Assembly (NCBI GenBank): GCA_051748045.1
Contig: JBNJGY010000052.1
Location: 1-11,382, forward strand
Source of the DNA: Thermotogota bacterium
Lineage (GTDB): Bacteria; Thermotogota; Thermotogae; Petrotogales; Petrotogaceae
Reading direction: 5' to 3'
DNA length: 11,382 bases
Numbering within the stretch: position 1 is the stretch's first letter; every line of letters starts with the position of its first letter. Shown here piece after piece: positions 5,499 through 11,382 of this stretch. The position numbers and the translations under genes are program-made. The notes below the pieces were generated by a model, which ran no database searches, was not told the DNA's origin, and was given only the letters and a program-made list of their open reading frames with translations.

Positions 5499-7754
5499 AT
5501 GAAAAAATTATTAGTTATTTTTATTGTATTCATTAGTGTTATAAGTATTTCCAATTCTTATGTATTAATTAATGGAAAAAATGAATTTTCAATTGAGCCA
5601 GAAACATTAAAAGTAGAAATTGAGAAGGACGGAATAAAAGAAACAATATCCTTTGCCCAAGAAAAGAAAAATGTGAGTGATTTAATTTTTACAAAGCAAA
5701 ATATATCTTTTCAAAGAGAAAATATTGACTTTAAATTTGAAATAATAAAAGATCACTTAAAAGTAAGTATAAATTCGAAAAATAAAAGTCAAATAAAATT
5801 CCCAATAGTTTCTGCAAAAGAATATCTTATCCCAATAAAAGAGGGAAAATTAATTCCCGCGAATGATGAAACATATTTGGATTTTTATAATGGTTTTTCA
5901 GATGAAGCTTCAAGATTTTTATCTATGAGCTTTATTGGAAATTATTATGAAAACTATGCTTCTTTGTTTGTATACGAAAACCTTTTTAATAATAAAATTA
6001 ATTTTGAAAATAAAGATAATAAATTAAACTATAATTTTATTCATACATTTACAGCTTTAGATAAAACTGAAATTGTTTATAAGTTTTATATAAAAGACAA
6101 GAATATAAATGATATCGCTAAAGAATATAGAGAGTATGTGATTCAAAAAAATATGTTTAAATCATTGGATGAAAAAAATAAAGAAAATTCAAATGTATCC
6201 AAGCTATATGGAGCGCCTCATATTTATTTATGGGATAATAGTATTCTTTCAGTTAACAATGTAAAAAATTGGAGAGGGCTCCAACAAAAGCTTAAAAAAG
6301 ATTTAAATTCAGATACTGATAATTTAACAAAAAAATTATTAAATATATATGAAAATAATCTCATAGAAGAATCAAAAGAACTTGAAAAAACTTTATTAGA
6401 ATTCACCAATGCTGAATGGGTCTACAAGTATTTACAAGCATCAATAGTAACTGGAATAACAAGAAGTATGTATTTAAAAGAATTATATACAGATGAATTT
6501 CATAAATATATATCCGATAAATCTTTGTTAAATCCGAAGACAACAGCAGAAATAGTAAACTTAAATAAAAATTTGGTATATAATTATTATAAGAATTATG
6601 TTGAAGAAATTGAAAATTGGGGAGATGGGCTTTCTAATTATTTAATAAACGATTTATACAATAGTGGTATTCAAAGAGCATGGCTAGGAATAGATAATTG
6701 GGAAACAGGATTCGGAAGTGATCAAATAATAAAAAATGCGAATGATAAAGGCTATATAATAGGGGCTTATGATTCATATCATTCTATACATAAACCAGGG
6801 AAAGCAAGATGGATAACTGCTGATTTTCAAGACAAAAAATTATTTTATTCATCAACATTTAAAAATGAAAATGGAGAATATCTTACTGGTTTTTTAGGAG
6901 AAGGAAGACTTTTAAATCCTGTTTATTCGATAGAAGCTGTAAAAAATAGGATGTCAAACATTATGAGTAACAATATAGCTTATAATTCTTGGTTTGTAGA
7001 TGTTGATGCAACAGGATTTTTTTATGAAGATTACACAAAAGGGCATGAAACTACTAGAAAAATGGACATGAAGTTTAGATTAAAACGAATGGAATATATT
7101 AAAAATGAGTATAATTTAATAATGGGATCTGAAGATGGTTTTGATTTTGCAAATAAAGTAATAACCTATGCACATGGAATGACATCACCAGTAATGGAAT
7201 GGAGCGATCCTGATTTAAGACAAAAAAAAGATTCTAAATATTATTTGGGTAAATACTGGGCTCCTAAAGGAGTACCTTCAAGATACATAAAAGAAGTACC
7301 ATTAAAAGAAAGACATAGAACAGTTTATTTTGATATGAGATATAATGTACCTTTATATGAGCTTGTATATCACGATAGTCAAATTTCATCACATCACTGG
7401 GAAATGGGAAGTATGAAAGCAGTAGAAGAAGTAAAAAACGTTAAGTTAAAAGAAATATTATATGCGATTCCACCATTGTATCATCTTGATAGAGAGTATT
7501 GGGCAAAGTATAAAGAAAGTATTGTAGATCATATAAAAGTATGGGGAGAACTTCATAGCAAAGTTGGAAACAGAGAAATGACATCATTTGAAAATTTGAC
7601 TAAAAATAGATTAATTCAAAAAACAGAATTTGATGATATAAAAGTTATTGCAAATTTTTCAGAAGTAAATTATAAATATGATAAATATACAATAGAGCCA
7701 ACTTCAGCAATAATAATTTATGAGGATAAAATAGTCAATTACAAACCAAAATAA
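5499..7754 (+). CDS. Secreted putative glycoside hydrolase, GH129-like (Glyco_hydro_129)
   Basis: N-terminal signal peptide (MKKLLVIFIVFISVISIS). Motifs LYGAPHIYLW, GYIIGAYDSYHSIH, SWFVDVDATG, GSEDG, YAHG and VPLYELVYHD are ones I recall from this family. SD AGGAGG. Confidence 0.72.
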   Translation: MKKLLVIFIVFISVISISNSYVLINGKNEFSIEPETLKVEIEKDGIKETISFAQEKKNVSDLIFTKQNISFQRENIDFKFEIIKDHLKVSINSKNKSQIKFPIVSAKEYLIPIKEGKLIPANDETYLDFYNGFSDEASRFLSMSFIGNYYENYASLFVYENLFNNKINFENKDNKLNYNFIHTFTALDKTEIVYKFYIKDKNINDIAKEYREYVIQKNMFKSLDEKNKENSNVSKLYGAPHIYLWDNSILSVNNVKNWRGLQQKLKKDLNSDTDNLTKKLLNIYENNLIEESKELEKTLLEFTNAEWVYKYLQASIVTGITRSMYLKELYTDEFHKYISDKSLLNPKTTAEIVNLNKNLVYNYYKNYVEEIENWGDGLSNYLINDLYNSGIQRAWLGIDNWETGFGSDQIIKNANDKGYIIGAYDSYHSIHKPGKARWITADFQDKKLFYSSTFKNENGEYLTGFLGEGRLLNPVYSIEAVKNRMSNIMSNNIAYNSWFVDVDATGFFYEDYTKGHETTRKMDMKFRLKRMEYIKNEYNLIMGSEDGFDFANKVITYAHGMTSPVMEWSDPDLRQKKDSKYYLGKYWAPKGVPSRYIKEVPLKERHRTVYFDMRYNVPLYELVYHDSQISSHHWEMGSMKAVEEVKNVKLKEILYAIPPLYHLDREYWAKYKESIVDHIKVWGELHSKVGNREMTSFENLTKNRLIQKTEFDDIKVIANFSEVNYKYDKYTIEPTSAIIIYEDKIVNYKPK

Positions 7755-7789
7755 AAATAACAAGCAAAAAATTAATTGGAGCTGATTTT

Positions 7790-8446
7790 ATGGTCTTTAA
7801 GGTTTTACTTGTTGAAGATGATAATAAAATTTCCTATATTGTAAAAGAATACCTCGAAGAAGAGGGCTATAGTGTTGATGTTTTAGATAATGGTAACCAT
7901 GTACTTGAAAAAGTATATGAAAATAATTATCATCTCATAATACTTGATTGGATGTTACCTTCAATTTCTGGGATAGTTTTATGTAATCAAATAAGAAAAA
8001 ATTATACAACACCAATTATAATGCTAACTGCAAAAACTTTGGATGAAGATCAAATCAAAGGTTTTATAAGTGGTGCTGACGACTATATAACTAAACCATT
8101 TAATCCAAACTTATTATTACTAAGAATAAAGAATTTATTTAATAGAACATATGGCCTAGAAAACATAATAAAGATAGATAATATACTTATAGATTTTAAT
8201 GCAAAAAAAATTATAAAAGATAATAAAGAAATAAAATTCTCACCTAAAGAATATGATTTGTTAATTTATTTCATAATAAATAAAAATATATTGCTTTCAA
8301 GAGACAAAATATTGTCAGACGTATGGGGATATGATTTTTTTGGTGATGAAAGAACTGTAGATACACACGTAAAAATGATAAGAAAAAAGTTAAACAACAA
8401 TATAATAAAAACTGTTAGAAAAAAGGGTTATATATTAGAATTATAA
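7790..8446 (+). CDS. OmpR/PhoB-family DNA-binding response regulator
   Basis: LLVEDD, phospho-acceptor LDWMLP, IIMLTAK, GADDYITKPF, and winged-helix RTVDTHVKMIRKKL..IKTVR..GY. Confidence 0.96.
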   Translation: MVFKVLLVEDDNKISYIVKEYLEEEGYSVDVLDNGNHVLEKVYENNYHLIILDWMLPSISGIVLCNQIRKNYTTPIIMLTAKTLDEDQIKGFISGADDYITKPFNPNLLLLRIKNLFNRTYGLENIIKIDNILIDFNAKKIIKDNKEIKFSPKEYDLLIYFIINKNILLSRDKILSDVWGYDFFGDERTVDTHVKMIRKKLNNNIIKTVRKKGYILEL

Positions 8447-8464
8447 AGCTTTTTATTGTAAGTA

Positions 8465-9826
8465 ATGGGGGGATTTATGTCTTTAAAACAAAAGAATATT
8501 TTAATTTTTATATCTTTGTTTATATTTGTTTTTTTATTCATGTTTTTAATTACAAATAATTATATGGAGAAATTTTATATTTGGGAAAATAATAGACAAA
8601 TTAAAAGTTTGTTGAGTAATGATTTAGAATTTTTTGAAAATTATGAAAAACAAGATATCGTTATTAATATATTTGAATATACAGATGATGAGCGAATTTT
8701 TAATGATAGATTAAGACTGGGTTTTCATGATAAAAAATTGAACCTTACACGAATTTGGCTTATAGAAGAAAGGTTAAAAAATTTAAGCAATAAATATGAA
8801 ATAATCAACTATAGTCAGCCTAACCTTCAAACCTCAATATTAGTTGGTATAAAAAAACAAGATAAAAAAGTTATATCATTAGCAAAACCACTACCTTTTT
8901 TTGATGAAAGTATAAAAACTTTGAATAAATTTAATTTGATCATTTTTCTGTTTTCGTTGATTATTATAATTTTAGTTTTATTTTTATATAGTAATCATCT
9001 TATAAAAAAAATAAATAAAATCAATAAACAAGCAAAAAATATATATGATCTAAAATTCGACTACAAACCTTATATAAAAGGAAAAGACGAATTATCTAAC
9101 TTATCTTTTTATCTAAACGATGTATCTGAAAACCTTGAAAAGTCTATAAATGAGCTGAATAATAGGGTAGATTTTTATAAAGAAATGATCGATAAACAAA
9201 AACAATATGTATCTAGCCTTGGGCATGAATTAAAAACCCCTTTAACAGTTTTAAAAAGTTATACCCATAGGTTGAATGAAAAAAACAATCAAGATGATTT
9301 AAATATTTATATTAATAATATAATAGAGGAATCTGATAATTTGAATGATTTAATATCTTTATTTCTAAACTTCATTAAATATGATTATTATAATTTGGAT
9401 TTAAAAGAAAATGATATTAATGAAATATTGAATGAAGTAATTAATAGATATGCTGTTTTTTTAGAAGACAAACAACTTATCTTAGATACTTTTTCTGCAA
9501 AAAAGAAAGTTGATAGAGATTTAATTAAAATAGTCTTTGATAATTTAGTTTCTAATGCTATAAAATACGGGGAAAAAGAAATCAAGATAGAATTTAAGAA
9601 CATAAACGATGATTTGATTATCAGTTTCATTAATAAAGGAAAAATAAAAGAAAAAGATATTGAAAGTATTTTTGAACCATTTTATAGAATTGATAAATCG
9701 AGGAATAAAAAAGTTTCTGGTCATGGATTGGGACTTTCTATAGCAAATGAAATAATCAAAAAACACAATGGATTGATAAAAGTAAAAAATGATAATAGAA
9801 ATATTGTTTTTAGTATTATATTATAA
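8465..9826 (+). CDS. Membrane sensor histidine kinase (2 TM, HAMP, HisKA, HATPase); the start may be ATG 8477
   Basis: H-box HELKTPL, N-box NLVSNAIKY, F-box IFEPFYR, G2 GHGLGLSI, two TM helices, and a HAMP-like KDEL..L segment. Confidence 0.95.
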   Translation: MGGFMSLKQKNILIFISLFIFVFLFMFLITNNYMEKFYIWENNRQIKSLLSNDLEFFENYEKQDIVINIFEYTDDERIFNDRLRLGFHDKKLNLTRIWLIEERLKNLSNKYEIINYSQPNLQTSILVGIKKQDKKVISLAKPLPFFDESIKTLNKFNLIIFLFSLIIIILVLFLYSNHLIKKINKINKQAKNIYDLKFDYKPYIKGKDELSNLSFYLNDVSENLEKSINELNNRVDFYKEMIDKQKQYVSSLGHELKTPLTVLKSYTHRLNEKNNQDDLNIYINNIIEESDNLNDLISLFLNFIKYDYYNLDLKENDINEILNEVINRYAVFLEDKQLILDTFSAKKKVDRDLIKIVFDNLVSNAIKYGEKEIKIEFKNINDDLIISFINKGKIKEKDIESIFEPFYRIDKSRNKKVSGHGLGLSIANEIIKKHNGLIKVKNDNRNIVFSIIL

Positions 9827-9837
9827 AAATGATTTAA

Positions 9838-9906
9838 AAGAACCAGGTATAGAAGAAGTAATAAAAGAATATTATTCATAGTTAGGGCTGCATTTGCAGC
9901 TCTTTT
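9838..9906 (+). repeat. 69-bp direct repeat, right copy (orphan 3' fragment of the ABC ATPase gene plus terminator hairpin)
   Basis: Encodes the same EPGIEEVIKEYYS* and the same hairpin. Begins 11 nt after the kinase stop codon. Confidence 0.95.
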
Positions 9907-9923
9907 CATTATCACGTTATAAT
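9894..9923 (+). promoter_or_regulatory. Possible ribokinase promoter
   Basis: TTGCAG (9894-9899, inside the repeat hairpin), 18-nt spacer, TATAAT (9918-9923). Confidence 0.45.
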
Positions 9924-9944
9924 AGAGAAACAAGGGGTGATAAG

Positions 9945-10874
9945 ATGATAGGAATTATCGGCAGTACTAACATAGACGTATATTTAAAAACAGATCACTT
10001 TACAGAACCAGGCGAAACTCAAAATTCATTAGATTATAAAATATTTTATGGTGGAAAAGGAGCCAATCAAGCTTCTACAGTTTCTAAGCTATCTAAAAAA
10101 CAAACAGCCTTTTTAACTTGTATTGGGAATGATTTTTATGGGACTGCTCTTCAAAAAGAATTTGAAGCAAATGATCTTATTGGATATCAAATATTAAAAG
10201 AAGAAAAAACAGGAAGAGCATTTATTGAAGTAGAAAAAACTGGTGAAAACAGAATAATAACAGCACCAGGAGCTAATCATAAAATGAAAAAAGATATGGT
10301 AGATGATTTTTTAGATAGATTTAATAAAGATTTAGATATAGTTTTAATTCAAAACGAATTACCAAAAGAAATAATAGACCATGCCATAACAAAATTAAAA
10401 GAAAAAAATATTAAAATATTTTACGATCCAGCGCCAAAAGAAAAAACAGATTTAAACAATCTGGATAATATCTTTGTCTTGACTCCTAACCTAAATGAAT
10501 TTTCATATATATATGAAAAAATAATAAATAAAAAATTTGATGAAAATAATATTAAAGAACAATTATCAGAATTAAAGGAAAAAACAAAAATAGATAATAT
10601 CATTATCACGCTTGGTAAAAAAGGATCACTATATATAAATAAAAATAATGAGATAAAAGAAATAGATACATTTAAAGTTAAACCATTAGATACCACAGCA
10701 TCTGGAGATGTTTTTAACGGAACATTAGCATTAGAATACTTTGAAACAGACGATTTAGAAAAAAGCATTAAAAAAGCCTCCGCTGCAGCAGCTTTATCCA
10801 CAACAAAAATAGGAGCACAAACTTCAATTCCAACAATAGAAGAAATAGATGATTTTTTAAAAAATAATGGTTAA
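9945..10874 (+). CDS. rbsK: Ribokinase (PfkB family)
   Basis: IIGSTNID, PGET, GGKGANQA, GENRI..APGAN, LIQNE, DPAP, TPNLNE and DTTASGDVFNG. SD AAGGGGTGA precedes ATG 9945, whereas the ORF-track start at 9894 lies inside the terminator. Confidence 0.9.
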   Translation: MIGIIGSTNIDVYLKTDHFTEPGETQNSLDYKIFYGGKGANQASTVSKLSKKQTAFLTCIGNDFYGTALQKEFEANDLIGYQILKEEKTGRAFIEVEKTGENRIITAPGANHKMKKDMVDDFLDRFNKDLDIVLIQNELPKEIIDHAITKLKEKNIKIFYDPAPKEKTDLNNLDNIFVLTPNLNEFSYIYEKIINKKFDENNIKEQLSELKEKTKIDNIIITLGKKGSLYINKNNEIKEIDTFKVKPLDTTASGDVFNGTLALEYFETDDLEKSIKKASAAAALSTTKIGAQTSIPTIEEIDDFLKNNG

Positions 10875-10888
10875 TGGAGGTTAGTTGA

Positions 10889-11382
10889 GTGAGAAGGAAA
10901 ACAAATTTATCTTTACTTTTTGCAAATACAATTATAATAATCTTAGGAGTTTTAAACTTCTTTTCAATTGATTATAAAATAAACACCCACTTAGGTCTAA
11001 TAATGAGTATAGTATTAATTATAGATTATTTAAGTATCTATTTTTTCAATTACAAGCAATTAAAAGCTTACAAATATCCAAAAGTTTTTCTTTACTTTTC
11101 TATAATTGGCTTTTTTATGATGATGGCGGGAAATGTACTAAGGATGAACCACTATGATTATAATTCAGTAGAAGTTTTTAGATATCAATTACTAACTTAC
11201 GCAGGATTTATTATTGTTTTTGGTTCTGCAATTTTCAATAATTTAAAAACACTTTCTTACAACAAATATTTTAGAAAACCAAAAGAAAGTAAATTAGGGT
11301 TTATAAAATATATATTTGCTTTAATAAATATAGCAATATTGTCTTATCTTGGAATAATATTATATTCGACGACCTATATGGG
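10889..11382 (+). CDS. Hypothetical polytopic membrane protein, 3'-truncated by the window edge
   Basis: SD GGAGG (10876-10880) lies 8 nt before GTG 10889. The frame MRRKTNLSLLFANTIIIILGVLNFF... stays open to the end, with about 5 hydrophobic segments. Confidence 0.75.
   Translation, partial: MRRKTNLSLLFANTIIIILGVLNFFSIDYKINTHLGLIMSIVLIIDYLSIYFFNYKQLKAYKYPKVFLYFSIIGFFMMMAGNVLRMNHYDYNSVEVFRYQLLTYAGFIIVFGSAIFNNLKTLSYNKYFRKPKESKLGFIKYIFALINIAILSYLGIILYSTTYM

Larger units (their letters stand above)
5362..9906. mobile_element. Direct-repeat-bounded accessory cassette/genomic islet (glycoside hydrolase plus two-component system); no mobility gene
   Basis: Three co-oriented genes exactly fill the interval between two 69-bp direct repeats of a gene 3' end, offset by 4476 bp. 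Confidence 0.65.

Noticed and set aside
9894-9944. 17-aa N-terminal extension of ribokinase in the ORF track
   Set aside because: It starts within the terminator hairpin. The SD and family alignment favour ATG 9945.
979-10801. Minus-strand ORFs in the track (979-1197, 4943-5137, 6224-6409, 9388-9630, 9545-9766, 9721-9933, 10421-10801)
   Set aside because: All overlap well-supported + strand genes in antisense and show no recognisable motifs. They are shadow ORFs.

Overview
AT-rich bacterial chromosomal window. A Petrotogales/Thermotogota- or Firmicute-like origin is suggested by composition and Shine-Dalgarno style, but this is only an inference. From left to right: (1) two tandem, mutually similar small ORFs (30 and 33 aa) on the minus strand, missed by the ORF track; (2) a repeat-rich spacer; (3) a Zn-type CDF exporter (czcD) with a CzrA/SmtB-type operator, followed by a class I SAM methyltransferase; (4) a second repeat-rich spacer with a large nested stem-loop matching the TwoAYGGAY RNA motif description, plus REP-like TGTCA elements; (5) a three-gene ABC-2 exporter whose first gene probably starts at ATT; (6) a 4.4-kb cassette (secreted GH129-like glycoside hydrolase, OmpR-family regulator, histidine kinase) bracketed by 69-bp direct repeats that duplicate the 3' end and terminator of the ABC ATPase gene, with no integrase or transposase present; (7) ribokinase; (8) a partial membrane-protein gene running off the right edge. 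Family assignments come from motif recognition, not database searches.
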